Below are positions 26,377 through 39,537 of a stretch of 64,000 nucleotides of DNA, in pieces (position 1 is the stretch's first letter; each line of letters opens with the position of its first letter). The stretch covers positions 83,328,001 through 83,392,000 of the forward strand of contig OZ024743.1 in the NCBI GenBank assembly GCA_964016885.1, read 5' to 3'. Below the pieces are notes generated by a model. That model was given only the letters and a program-made list of their open reading frames with translations. It was not told where the DNA came from and made no database searches. The DNA is from Eledone cirrhosa (lineage: Eukaryota). The position numbers and the translations under genes are program-made.

Positions 26377-26728
26377 ATATTAATTGAAAATATTAACAAA
26401 ATAGATATTCTTGTGATCAATTATATTTTATTATACATATTTCAGAGGTGCTGAGTTAAGTTCAACAGTACGTCCTCATCAGATAAAATAAAATAAAATA
26501 ATACATGACATACCCTGACAAAGTAGATGGTTAAGATTCAGTCATGGTAGTCTACCATGACTGAATGACTGAATCTTAACCATCTACTATGTCAGGGTAT
26601 GCCATGTATCATTTTATTTTATCTGATGAGGACGTACTGTTGAACTTAACTCAGTACCTCTGAAATATATATAATAAAATATAATTGATCACAAGAATAT
26701 CTATTTTGTTAATATTTTGAATTAATAT
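26377..26728. repeat. ~350-bp palindrome of Naiad-family pLTR with hammerheads at 26424-26490 (-) and 26615-26681 (+)
   Basis: Axis at gtcatggtag|t|ctaccatgac (~26551). The arms are reverse complements with a few mismatches. Confidence 0.92.
26615..26681 (+). ncRNA. Type I hammerhead ribozyme
   Basis: tattttat-CTGATGA-ggacgtactg[ttgaacttaact]cagtacctct-GAAA-tatata-TA-ataaaata. Confidence 0.88.
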
Positions 26729-27022
26729 ATATATATATATATATATTTAGCTTGTTTAATGTATTGTAACCTTGTTACTGTTGCTTCATCCCCTTGAGTA
26801 CACGATGCGAACTGAATGAGAAATGTTTTTTAAGCAGTCCACGGATATTTACCATCATTAGTGAACTAAATGTCTAATGAGCTATTGATTCCATATAGGA
26901 AAAAGAAGTTGAAAATAAAGAAGTTACAATAACTCATAACTTCACCAATTTCACAAGTTTCATGATTTTCAAAAGTTAAGAGAAATTGAGAGATGTCTGG
27001 CTCTGCCGGCTTGTAACTCGCA

Positions 27023-27154
<132 letters not shown>

Positions 27155-27889
27155 ATAAAGAGAAAATGGATAAGAAAAACACCAACAATAATTTTGATCA
27201 CATCTTTAAATCTAGGAAAAATCATCCTTACAACAAACTCTTGGTTAATTTCGAAAACGAAATTATAAATATATTAAGGAATATTAAATTTAAAAAAAAA
27301 CCATATAGAGGCCAGGAATACCTCAGAGGTCTAAAGGAAAAAATTAAGGACATGCAAAAAATAAATAAAATATTAGTGAAATCAGACAAAACAAACAACC
27401 TATATGGGATTGAAAGAACAAAATATAACGACTTAATTTTAAAAGAATTGAGGAAAAATTATAAAAAGGCCCCAAGTGAGTATTTATTGGATATTAATAA
27501 TGATGCATTTGAAATTATCACCAATCTTGGAATAGAGCGGAAAACCGAACCTTTCATACCAAAGCAACCGCAGATAAATTTTAAAGACAATAAAAGAAAT
27601 TTCGAGGAGGACTTGCCAGTTAGACTTATAGCACCTTCAAAATCAGATCTTGGAATAATTAGTAAAAATATAATAGATAGGATTTTACCAACTCTTAAAT
27701 TGAGGTCATGGCTAAACCTATGGAAAGGTACTAGTGAAGTCATAGATTGGTTCAATAATTTCAAAAATAAAAATAATTATAAGTTCATTCAAATGGACAT
27801 AACGAGTTATTATTCCTCGATAACTCCTAATCTGTTAAATAAGGCGTTATCATATGCATATAAACAGCAGGGCGAACTTTGATTGATTT

Positions 27890-28071
27890 TAATAATTGTT
27901 TCTACTTTAGGCACAAGGCCAGCAATTACTCAGTACATTACTGGTACTTTATTTTATCGACCCCGTAAGGATGAAAGGCAAAGTTAACTTCGGCGGGATT
28001 TGAACTCAGACTGTAAAGGGACGTAACTATGCTAGAAAACATGGCGTCCAACCCTCTACCGATACTGCCAA
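27890..28071 (-). mobile_element. SINE inserted into the Naiad RT
   Basis: Main SINE consensus, reverse orientation. Confidence 0.92.
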
Positions 28072-30796
28072 TAATAATGATCTTTGGACTAGATCGGATA
28101 GACAGAAGGATTTTGAAATTACTATGGGTTCGTCTGATTCGGCGCAAGTTACGGATCTTGTGGGAATTTTTATCCTTAACATGATAAATAGAAAACTGCC
28201 GGAGATTACCGGAGGTTTATATAGAGATGACTTACTATTTATTGTAGAAAAACATAATAATAGCGAATTAAATAGAATAAAGAAAGTAATTATAGAATTT
28301 TAAAAAAATTACCACCTGAAATTAGAAGTAGAAAATAATAATAAAAAAGTTAATTTTTTAGACGTGACTTAATTTAAACTCAGGCCTTTATTATCCCTTC
28401 CATAAACTCAATGAGAATTTAAATTATGTTAGTTTTTATTCTAATCACCCTAAAAGTGTTAAGAATGCAATAGTCAACAGTGTACAACAACGAATATCCA
28501 GGCTATCTGCTAATAGATCCATATTTAATAGTAAGGTTGTATATTATAATGAAGCGTTACATAAAGCTGGATATAACAATAATATTGAGTATATAGAAAA
28601 AATAGTGAAAAGAATATTAATTATAATCACACTAATCATAATAAAAATTAATATAAAAACAACAACTTGAGGAATAAATCGAGGAAAAAAATAAGAACTA
28701 GATCTATAATTTGGTATGCTCCGCCAGCATCTTTAGCTATTAAAACACCGGTAGCACACTTATTTTTTAAAGCCTTGGATAAATGCTTCCCTAGGTCACA
28801 TAAATATTACTCTATTTTAAATAGACACAGTTAAACTTTCTTATTCAACAACTATGAATATTGCTCAAAATATAGCAAAAATAAATAGTAAAAATCTTAA
28901 TTTGAACCAACATATAATTAGCAATAATAACAATAATAATAACAATACATTAGTTAACGGGAATAACAATAATAGTTTAAATACTACTAATAGTAGAACA
29001 CCTGTAAATAATAATGTGAATAGTTTAAGGTCTGGAAATAACAGTGAGAAGAAATGTAATTGTAGAAGGAAGTCCGAATGTCCTTTACAAAATAATTATC
29101 TTGACAAGAATCTAGTATATAAATGTACCATTAAGACAAATAATAATATATATAACTATATTGGTGCCACTTCATCTAAATTTAAGGAACGTTGGTATAA
29201 TCATAGACAGTCTTTTATTAAACCAAGTAAGAAATTTTCAACTTCCCTTTCGCAATTAATATGGTCTTTAAAGGACAATAATATTAAATACTCCATCTCT
29301 TGGACCAAATTAAAGAAAGCCAATTCCTATCAGAACGCAACTATTTCGCCAAATTGCAATCTTTGTAATTTCGAGACTCTACAAATAATTACAAATTATG
29401 ACAATTTAATCAACAACAAAAAATGAATTATTGAGTAGTTGTCACCATAAAATTGGTAAACCTTTCCAGGCATTGTACAAGTTTCGAAAAAATATTGGCA
29501 ATTAATAATTTAATATATATATGTTTTTGCCTTATTGTGGTAATAATTTATTGATGTTTATATGTATTAGAATTATTTCATTAAGAATCTAGTTATCCTA
29601 TGTTTTGATTAGGACAGTTCAATATTTAACTAGACATCTTTTATGATATTTGCAATAGATGATTTATGGTTTTCGAAATATCGCGGAATGTGTGAGTAGT
29701 GATATGTTATAAATGTTTGTATATGGTGATTGAGTTATCTTCCTTTTGTTTACATTGTCCGTAAAATTTCCTTCCTTTTGTCTAGCTTGCTGAATTATTT
29801 TAGTTTTGAAATATGTAGACTAATAATATACAGACTATCATTAAAATGAAACTATATATCAACATAAGTAAATACAGAAGTAAATATAACCTTTCAGTAA
29901 ATTAATGAAATTAACTTTTGTGAGTAACTGCAGTTTAATCCTATAAATTAAATGAAAATTAAAGAATAGTGAAGATTTTATAAAGAGAATATCATAATTA
30001 AATAATTTTAGTAATATATGATCTAAATATATTATATGTATTGATGGTGATTTATGTATGGTATTAGATTTTAATACATATGTAATAATTATTTAAATAC
30101 GCTTTAATGATTAATTCTTTTAAAGTTGTAACAACATATTTATAGAATATCTTACCTTAAAATTAAAAATAATAATCTATAATAAGTTAAATTAAATTAT
30201 ATAAATTTTTAATTATATATATGGGATTGCTATAGAAAATAATCTAAACTGATTAATTTTGATATAATTTTGGTATAATTAGCTAATGCACAATCAAATA
30301 CTAAAGATATTCAATTGTTTAGTTGAATTGATTGAATGCCCTATTTGATCTAGCATTTGAAAACAACGGTTTTTCTCTATCCCCCTCTATTTGATGTTTC
30401 CTTTATTTTCTTTATTTTCTTTATTTTCTTTACCCCCCCCCTCTGTTCCCTTTACTTTCCTTACACCTTCCCTCTTTTGTCGTTCTTCCTCTTTTCTTTT
30501 TTATATATTTCTTTTACTCATTCATCCTTTTATTTATTATTTATTATTTATTATTTATTATTTATTATTTATTATTTATTTTTTATTCATTTATCTATTA
30601 ATGTAGGTATTTATGTATGTATTTATTTTTTTTCTTGCCTTTCCTCTTATTTACACCCTCTCTCATATCTCTAATTTGCTCTACGTCCTTCATATTATTT
30701 GTGGTATATAAACATTGTGATTTGATGAAATAAATCACTGCCAATACTGGAATTGTATAATCAAGACCGTAGCGGTATGTCATATATCAAATCCTA

Positions 30797-30862
30797 TATT
30801 TTATCTGATGAAGACGTACTGAAAAAACAACACAGTACCTTTGAAATATATATAATAAAGCA
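30797..30862 (+). ncRNA. Type I hammerhead ribozyme in the Naiad 3' pLTR
   Basis: tattttat-CTGATGA-agacgtactg...cagtaccttt-GAAA-tatata-TA-ataaag. Confidence 0.85.
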
Positions 30863-30929
30863 TATATTTTGATTATGTGAATATCCCTCATTTGTTAATA
30901 TTTTGAATAATATATATATATATATATAT

Positions 30930-31230
30930 AATGGAAAACGAAAAATCAGTGATGCATCGGAACTCAATTTATTGTGCGTTACAATTGTTTTCTCGGCGAA
31001 CAGCTCGAGGTGCGATCCATGTGTGGATCTACCTGTGCCTTGGCTCGCAGGTTCCTCGGACACGTCATTTGATTTCGGATCATATCCTCTTTCCGAAATC
31101 AATAGACGTGTCCGAGGAACCTGCGAGCCTAGAGTCAGGTAGATCCACACCTTGAGCTGTTCGCCGGGGAAACAATTGTAACACACAATAAATTGAATTC
31201 CGATACATCACTGAATTTTCATTTTCCATT
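30930..31230. repeat. ~300-bp imperfect palindrome with CCGAGGA-core hammerhead variants (30975-31063 -, 31108-31184 +)
   Basis: The + arm reads gtgt-CCGAGGA-a-cctgcga...tcgccgg-g-GAAA-caattG-TA-acac, then AATAAA. Confidence 0.8.
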
Positions 31231-31306
31231 CTATAATACTCTGCTCCGCAGGAGCGTAAAGTGCTCAACCGGCATACCGCTCATGGAAGCATCTTAGCTA
31301 CCATTA

Positions 31307-31360
<54 letters not shown>

Positions 31361-31558
31361 CAACCGCCCGGTTGTGGAACCAACCAACCAACCAACCGGA
31401 AATTTATAAATTTATAAATTTAATTTATAATAAATTGGAGTGAAAGCAATTGGTGCGTGTGTTTCTTATTGGCAACATGACCCTCCCAAAGCATAACAAT
31501 ATCGGTTTCAACACACGTTTTCAGATAAAGAATCTTGCTAAACAAATTCAGAAACGAA

Positions 31559-31605
<47 letters not shown>

Positions 31606-31947
31606 CGTGTGTGTGTGTATATACATATACCAGCTGTTGAAACGGTAAGGGCTCAGCCGTCGAGTCCCGACTCTTTATAATATATACATATATATATATA
31701 GTTCCGAGTTTGTATACTTGTGTACAGATAATATATTAATCAATCAAATTTCAACACACCCTGATTTTCACAGTTTATTTCGTATTTTCCCAAGTATTTT
31801 CATGTCTTCTAGGATTTCTTCAGATGTTTATATAATCCTGTTATTTTATTGGATATTACTATGCTGAGGATATTACTATGGTGTAGTTAAAGGGAGATAA
31901 TGTATCAATCATTTTCATGCGTAGGATAATGCTTCATTATTTACCAG

Positions 31948-32330
31948 GTGGATTGGCAGTATCGGTAGAGGGTCGGACGCCATGCTTTGCAGCATGGAGA
32001 CACGGCCCTTTACGATCTGAGTTCAAATCCCACCGAGGTTAACTTTGCCTTTCATCCTTATAGGGTCGATAAAATAAAGTACCAGTAATGCACTGGAATA
32101 ATTGTTGTCCTTGTGCCAAAAGTAGAAAGAATTATTTACCATAGTTTCGAGCGGTGGAGTGGCAGTATCGGTAGAGCGTTAGACGCCATGCTTTGCAGCA
32201 CAGAGTTATGGCCCTTTACGTTCTGAATTAAAATCCCGCCGAAGTTAACTTTGCCTTTTATCCTTACGGGGTCGATAAAATAAAGTACTGGGGTAATTGC
32301 TGGCCTTGTGCTAAGGGTAGAAACAATTGT
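31948..32330 (+). mobile_element. Two tandem SINE copies (31948-32132 and 32152-32330)
   Basis: Match the family consensus. Confidence 0.9.
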
Positions 32331-32339
32331 TTACCATAG

Positions 32340-32750
32340 TTCCTAGGCTTCACACTTATACCCAGACTCTGACCACTGTCTGTTCTGGTGCTGCATATCC
32401 CGCCAGAGCTTATATTTATGCTGTTTGTTTGTGAGGAGTCTGGCAAATGCTCCCGCTCTCATTTCTTGAACACAGTATACATCTTCTCGCCTTCGCTCAA
32501 GCATCTCCACAACTTCCTCGGATCTACATATCAGTGCGCCAACATTAAGAGTGGAAGTACAGTGGTGATTAGGTCCTTTTTGGTAGTAGCTTTCTGTACC
32601 TGAAATTGAAAAAGGTGTGCGATTGCTTGATGACGATCGTAGAGCAGTACTCGTATATGGTTAGTTCAGCCACCCTTCTATCATGTGCAACACTAACATC
32701 ACCAGTACCAGTCAAATACTGGAGTTTATATATGTGGGTGTATGACGTTT
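32340..32750 (-). mobile_element. RTE LINE 5' fragment related to the element at 12807
   Basis: Reverse complement translates STLNVGALICRSEEVVEMLERRREDVYCVQE, compared with GTMHVGTLKGRSNEVVEMLERKEVDVCCVQE at ~13300. Confidence 0.75.
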
Positions 32751-32814
32751 CGTTCCTCCCAGACTGTTGGCCTGATGTCTAAATATGAAACCACAATTAT
32801 TATTACTATTGGAA

Positions 32815-33665
32815 GGATAGTGAATTGGTAGAATTATTAGTACGTCGGACAAATTACTATATCGCATTTATTTCGGCCTTTTACAACATGAAATCAAATC
32901 CTGCCGAGGTCAATTTTGCTCTCCATTCTTTAGGGACGATAAAATAAAGTACCAATCAACTACTGAGGTTGATTTAATCGTCTTTCCCTTCCTCCAAATT
33001 GCTGGCCTTTTGCCCAATTTGTAAAACATAATTATTACTATTGAGAGTGTGTTGGAGTAGATGCAGTGTTAGAGAACAAATTATGGTATTTAGTTACACC
33101 CCTCTATGACTAGAGTTCAAATTCCACTGGAGTTAACTTATCTAGCTGTTGTCTATACTAAGTACTTGGCATGTTGGTATGTTTTAATTGACTTTATTCC
33201 TTCCCTAGACTTGTAATATGGATTAATACAACCCTGACCATCTAGTCTGATTAATGATTTCTAACTAAAGCACAAGGCCAGACAACTTTGAGAAAAGACA
33301 AAGTGAATTAAGTCAATCCCAGCACTTGGCTGGTACTTTATTTTATCGATCCTGGAGTTAGCCTCTCAGAGATTTGATATTTATATGTAAAGAGTTAGAA
33401 CTAATAAAGAAATGGCATTCTAACCGAAGCTCTACCAATTCAACATCCTAAAGAAATATATATTGATTTATATTTTTGACACAACGTCAGCAAAGTTAGG
33501 AGAAAGGAAGAGTTGATTAATCAACCCCAGTACTTAACTGGTATTTTTATCAAACCTGGATGAAAGAAAGGCAAGGTTGACCTCGGCAGAGTTTGAACTC
33601 CGAATGTAAAGAGCCAAAACAAATACAGTAATAACATTTTATTAGACGCTCTACCAATTCTGTCC
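32815..33665. mobile_element. Cluster of four old SINE copies (two +, two -)
   Basis: Degenerate B boxes and core GATAAAATAAAGTACC motifs. Confidence 0.7.
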
Positions 33666-33805
33666 ATCAACTAATCTGATTATTAAGACATAAAATATCT
33701 AGGGCTATATTATTATTCGATTTCAATTGATTTTAAGGAAATCTGACTTCTATTTTTAGCAAGTTCAACGACTACATAGAGGCGTTCTTCTTTGTCTTGA
33801 ATTGG

Positions 33806-33885
<80 letters not shown>

Positions 33886-34065
33886 CAATGCTACCTCCTT
33901 ACTCACCACCTTAGGCACTGAGCTGGCTAGCCGCAGGTGTGAGCCTCGCGAGTTGGAATGGCTCTTCCAGCGCATCTCCCTTACCATCCTCCGGGGAAAC
34001 GCCTTCACCATTCTGTCCACCGGGGGCGTTGGGTGGCCAGCACGTGGGACCCCATTTGCTCAACA
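33886..34065 (-). mobile_element. CRE-type LINE 3' fragment (other fragments at 43345-43580 and 44455-44545)
   Basis: Homologous to 18350-18500 (CEPRELEWLFQR.SL..LRGNAF). Confidence 0.8.
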
Positions 34066-34319
34066 TACAGAGAGATGGGGAGGGCGAGAGAGATGGATGC
34101 GATGACAGTGGGAGTTCGGCTCTTCCACGTTCGGACCATATCCTTGTGGTTGCGTTCATGAAGATAGTTATATCCCTAGTAATATTTTTTTCTTTTTCTC
34201 CATTTATATAAATGGTACAATTAACTATGTACATGACATCCCCAAATCACTGACCATTCCCATTTAACGGGATGAAAACGACGATAACATTCCTTTAGCG
34301 GAGTGTGTGGCAGCCTAAA

Positions 34320-34474
34320 ATAATTGTTTCTACTTTAGGCACAAGGCCAGCAATTATTTCAGTGTATTACTGGTACTTTATTTTATCGACCTCGTAAGGA
34401 TGAAAGGCAAAGTTAACCTCGGCGGGATTTGAACTCAGACCATAAAGGGCCGTAACTCTATGCTGCAAAGCATG
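34320..34474 (-). mobile_element. SINE (main family) with target-site duplication
   Basis: tggcagcctaaaa(a)taat is repeated on both sides. Confidence 0.9.
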
Positions 34475-34602
34475 GCAGCCTAAAATAATGAACCGGGATA
34501 ACAATCCAACATTAATCGATCGTTCCCCGAGTTGATCCGCAGTGAAACATGTAATGTGTAATTAAATATGTATATGATGCAATACTGATTCTTTGTTCCC
34601 TT

Positions 34603-34663
<61 letters not shown>

Positions 34664-34974
34664 CACCTGAAGCAAGGTCACTGATTTGATGCCCTTTGTA
34701 TTCTGGAGTGTGGTCAAATTTGGGCCTAGAAATCTTGGGTAGCGCCTTTGTTCCGTGTATGAACATAAATGAAAAATATATTTCTGCTCTCTTCCCGGTA
34801 GAGCACACTTTTCCTTATCACACCTACTGATACACACACACACACACGCACCACACACAAATATATATATATAAGAACATTTTCGCTCTACATGGCTGAA
34901 TACAATAAATGTAATCTGAGTTTTTCGAGTGCAGTTCTGTTCACATGCCAACACAAGAGTAAGAATGAAGGGTT

Positions 34975-35961
34975 TGTAACGCTCTCTAGACAGGGAAGTA
35001 GTTAGAGTTACTTCCCGTCGAAAGTCTAGAACCCTCTTTTGCAACTTCCGGAAAGAGGTTATAAATAGCGGCAATACAGCCAAGCTATCTCTCTTTTGCC
35101 GCCCTTCCTCCGAACAGATAACATGTTCCTAGGGACCCCCATCAAAGGGCCTAGAGATGGACATGCATTCCTATCCTTTTCTTACTGCTGTTTGCTAACA
35201 TATAGCTCCAGGTATACTAACATTTATGCACACACCACTCCATCAATAAAACATGTTAATCACGGGCTTGGACTATACCTAAATATGTACGAGGATATTT
35301 GTGTACAACAATTATAACGGAGTTACAATAAAATGAAGACTTGTATTCGATATGGTGTTTTGTAAATATATCTTATCCTTTTCGGTATAAAAATTAGTAG
35401 TTAGATTACTCAAGTAAATAATCCTGGGTCTGACAGAACACTAAAATGTTTTTTTGTTTTTTTTTTATTTTTTTAATGCTTAGTGTTCTGCCAGACGCAG
35501 GATTATTTACTTGAGTAAATATCACCGGAATCTAACTACTAAATTTTATACAGAAAAGGATAAGATATATTTACAAAACACCATATCGAATACAAGTCTT
35601 CATTTTATTGTAACTCCGTTATAATTGTTGTACACAAATATCCTCGTACATATTTAGGTATAGTCCAAGCCTGTGATTAACATGTTTTATTGATGGAGTG
35701 GTGTGTGCATAAATGTTAGTATACCTGGAGCTATATGTTAGCAAACAGCAGTAAGAAAAGGATCGGAATGCATGTCCATCTCTAGGCCCTTTGATGGGGG
35801 TCCCTAGGAACATGTTATCTGTTCGGAGGAAGGGCGGCAAAAGAGAGATAGCTTGGCTGTATTGCCGCTATTTATAACCTCTTTCCGGAAGTTGCAAAAG
35901 AGGGTTCTAGACTTTCGACAGGAAGTAACTCTAACTACTTCCCTGTCTAGAGAGCGCTACA
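34975..35961. mobile_element. 987-bp foldback element with TG...CA ends and a 4-bp TSD (GGTT)
   Basis: Ends TGTAACGCTCTCTAGACAGGG and CCCTGTCTAGAGAGCGCTACA. Arms of ~470 bp, T-rich centre. GGTT at 34971-34974 and 35962-35965. An uninterrupted paralogous site is at ~57925-58020. Confidence 0.88.
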
Positions 35962-36035
35962 GGTTCATTCTACTGACATGGCTATAAAATTGAGGCTTGT
36001 TTGCATAATTGCAAACGAATCAAATGTTATTATTT

Positions 36036-36221
36036 GGATTGGCAGTATCGGTAGACGCTCGGACGCCATGCTTTCCAGCATAGTTACGTCCCTTAACGAT
36101 CTGAGTTCAAATCCCGCCGAGGTTGACTTTGCCTTTCATCCTTACGGGGTCGATAAAATAAAGTACCAGTAATGTACTGGGCAATTGCTGGCCTTGTGCC
36201 AAAAAAGTAGAAACAATTATT
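36036..36221 (+). mobile_element. SINE (main family)
   Basis: Full match to the family consensus. Confidence 0.92.
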
Positions 36222-36239
36222 AATATTCGAAAAACTCAG

Positions 36240-36274
<35 letters not shown>

Positions 36275-37091
36275 AAAATTTCGCTCTACATGGCTGAATA
36301 CAATAAATGTAACCTGAGCTTTTCGAATATTAATAATAACATTCGATCGAATGTTATTATTAATATTCGAAAAACTCAGATTACATTTATTATATATATA
36401 TATATATTAAAATAACAGATTAAAGTTTAAGCAAAGAATCGCTGCTTTCACCCTTAACGGGATCTTCTGAAACTAAAAAAGTCAATCTGTGAACGCAGAA
36501 GTAAATATTTAATAAAACGTTGCAACCTGAGGAAGACAGGAAGACGATACTTTGGTTCGTGGAAATGATCCCTCTTTGGATTTTAGTCTTCAAATTTATT
36601 ATTATTACTATATATATATATATATATATATTGTAAATTGTAACAATTGTAACAATTTATTGGGTACCTATTTGATGTGATTGATTCATTCCATTAAACG
36701 AAATAAACAAAATTGTTGTTTACACATTTTTTACTGTACCCATTCAGAAGATTACATCATATAATCCTTACTTAACGACGTCATGCATATATTTGTCTTC
36801 ATCAACAATCTCAAACTTCTCTTCCGCCATTGCTGAAAACTGAACAAGATAAATAAACTAAAATAAACACCAGATTTGAACCCGTGTATTCTTTATATAT
36901 ATATATATAATATATATATATAGTGTAATTTTCTTTTATATAGCTTATATAGCATGATCAATAAACAATATAGATACAACAAAGGATAAACATCCATTCA
37001 TCTTATATAAATACATATATACATGTATATATATATGCATGATATATATACATATATACACACACTTGTATGTATGTAGTGTTTAAGTAAA

Positions 37092-37180
<89 letters not shown>

Positions 37181-37489
37181 AGAAGAGCTATTGCCATGTA
37201 AATTTCTGAAGTTGAATATTCTAGGTGTGTGTGTAAACAGGAAGTTGTGGCGTGCATGCCTTATCTAAACATTTTAATGATACATGTATTATAAATTAGG
37301 TGATATATACCCATATAACGGGTATGTAAACTGTGTGCCATATTTATCTCACCGGGTAGCTTATCTTACTTTGCTGTATATAAGCTCTGTCATCAGATCT
37401 ATCCCTTAGTGGAGTTAGAAATTTGATTTGTCTCTACTGGTTCAGCACCATGTAGTATATATCACCAGTTACAATTATTACCAGGGAGT

Positions 37490-38075
37490 CTTCATGTGGT
37501 AACTCGACCTGCTAGAAATAGCTGCCAAAACGTACTCCAATTACACCTTTCCGTCTTAAAATAAGGGGACACATTGGGTAATGTAGTCCCAGATGCACTA
37601 TGCTTGAAAGAAAGACAATTTGGTCATGGCAAGAATGGCTTTAATTTTATGTTAGCTCAGTCAGAGCTGACCTAGAGTCTAAATAGCCATCACTGACAAC
37701 GCCATTGTTTGGTGCCTTTAGGTAGGCACTCAACCTGCTAGAAATAGCAGGCAAGTTTTCAAGATAATATAGTCCTGGTAGAAACTATGACTAAGGAGAA
37801 AAAAAAAAACGAGCTGGTCATCGTTATATGCCTTTACTGATATGTCTTGTCTTATCAGAGACACCCAGGGCTAAACAATAGCAACGAAGCAACAAACAAT
37901 ATCCTTAGTTCTCCTTAATCTTCCTTAAATCCCACCCTATAGACTCAAAAAATGGGCCCATTATATAATGTAGTTTTATATACACTACATCTAAATAATA
38001 GACAGCATTGTCATTTTAAGAACGGCTTTGATCAAATGTCTGTTGGTTCAGAGTCGACTTGGGGATAAACCCACC
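37490..38075 (+). repeat. Three degenerate tandem copies of an interspersed repeat (ACTCGACCTGCTAGAAATAGC...)
   Basis: The motif recurs at ~37500 and ~37727, with related pieces at ~4535-4635 (-), ~42075, ~42870 and ~45345. Confidence 0.6.
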
Positions 38076-38754
38076 TTCAATGACCAAAGTAGCAGGTATT
38101 AAGACCTTCCCTGCTATCTTTAAAATGGGTTCTGTATGACTGAATCCCTCAAATTCTAGCTATGCCGATTGCCAGGTCTCCCATAATCTTTGATACGTAT
38201 AGCTGGTGCTATTCAACAATTCATGTTGCAGTCTTACTGAAATCTCTTGATCCTGACCATTGACATGACGTTCTACCATCCAACATTGTGTAAATCACCG
38301 TTGACTTAACTCTAGTTCCTCCACTGATATCACACGTCTACCACGTTGCCACCCCATGGTGGGGATTTTTTTCTTTTTTTTCTTTTTGCTTTGTCATTGA
38401 GGTTTTGTTATAGATCTTATGACATACTGATGAGTAGACCGCGACTTGAACACAGAAACAATGATCGATTCTTTGATCGAGAATTTTCATAGCATTATTC
38501 CGAACTAACTGGAGCTTATTAAACAATACCAACATCACTAACAACTGTAACAACACCAGCAACAATATGCTATTCTAATCAGGAACAATCACTCAAATAA
38601 AATAGTAGTTGAAATAAATTAGTTGACATAACTGTTCCCGTCCTGACACTGGCCGACAAACAGTCAATGGTGAGAGGTTCAATAGAAGCTTTTTACTTGT
38701 TTGTTTTTTAACGGGACACAGATTAGCTTCTTTACTGTAAAAGTGTTTATAAAG

Positions 38755-39065
38755 AGGCGGTGAACTGGCAGAGTCGTTAGAACGTCAGATAGAATGTTTT
38801 GTAGTATTCGTTTCTGTGCTCTGCTCTCCGAGTTCATATCCCGCTGAGGTCAGCTTTGCCTTTCATTCTTCCGAGGTCGATTAAAAAGTACCAGTCCAGT
38901 ATGGGGTTGATTCTTTCCCTCTCTCACTCTCTCCTCCCCTGGAAGAAATCGGTTGTGTCTAAACCAGAAGAGGAATGGGCGCCACCAGGTTTAAGGTGTT
39001 CAATACACGCCGTATGTCAAGACGGTGCCCCTACAACTTTATCAAGAGTTACATATCCATACATA
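38755..39065 (+). mobile_element. SINE, long-tail subfamily
   Basis: Homologous to 2671-3057 over head, core and tail. Confidence 0.75.
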
Positions 39066-39177
39066 TTTTATGAAAACCCAATGAAAGTGTTTTATCAATA
39101 AACCTCTCTCACCATTTCAGTGTTAATGGCATAGCTGTGAGTTTCATTTGTATCTGTTTGATTTTAGTTTCGTCCGG

Positions 39178-39346
39178 GTTGGGTTAGCTTGTTCACAAAC
39201 AACTCAGATAACAGTGTCACTCCCCTGTTCAGACTGGGTTTAGCTTGTTCACAAACAACTCAGATAACAGTGTCACTCCCCTGTTCAGACTGGGTTTAGC
39301 TTGTTTACAAACAACTCAACTAACAGTGTGTCATTTCCCTGTTCAT
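39178..39346. repeat. ~56-bp tandem repeat, 3 copies, just downstream of the GPCR stop codon
   Basis: gggtttagcttgttcacaaacaactcagataacagtgtcactcccctgttca. Confidence 0.9.
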
Positions 39347-39537
39347 CTATAAACAACGCAAACAATACAGTGAATTATACTAAAGCGTACGACTAATTCG
39401 CCGGCCGTACATTATTACCAACTGTTTAGTTTCGCTGTTTTCTCAGCAACACTCACTTGTGGCTACTGTATACCATCATCCGACACAAACCTATCTAGTA
39501 GTTTTAAATAATAAATCAAGCGTTAGTCGATATTTGA

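Noticed and set aside
29420-29430. In-frame TGA as selenocysteine in the Naiad ORF
   Set aside because: It results from a one-base slip in an A-run. The conserved NELLSSCHH continues in another frame.
38090-38350. Possible decayed LINE endonuclease fragment on the minus strand
   Set aside because: Too degenerate to support without an alignment.
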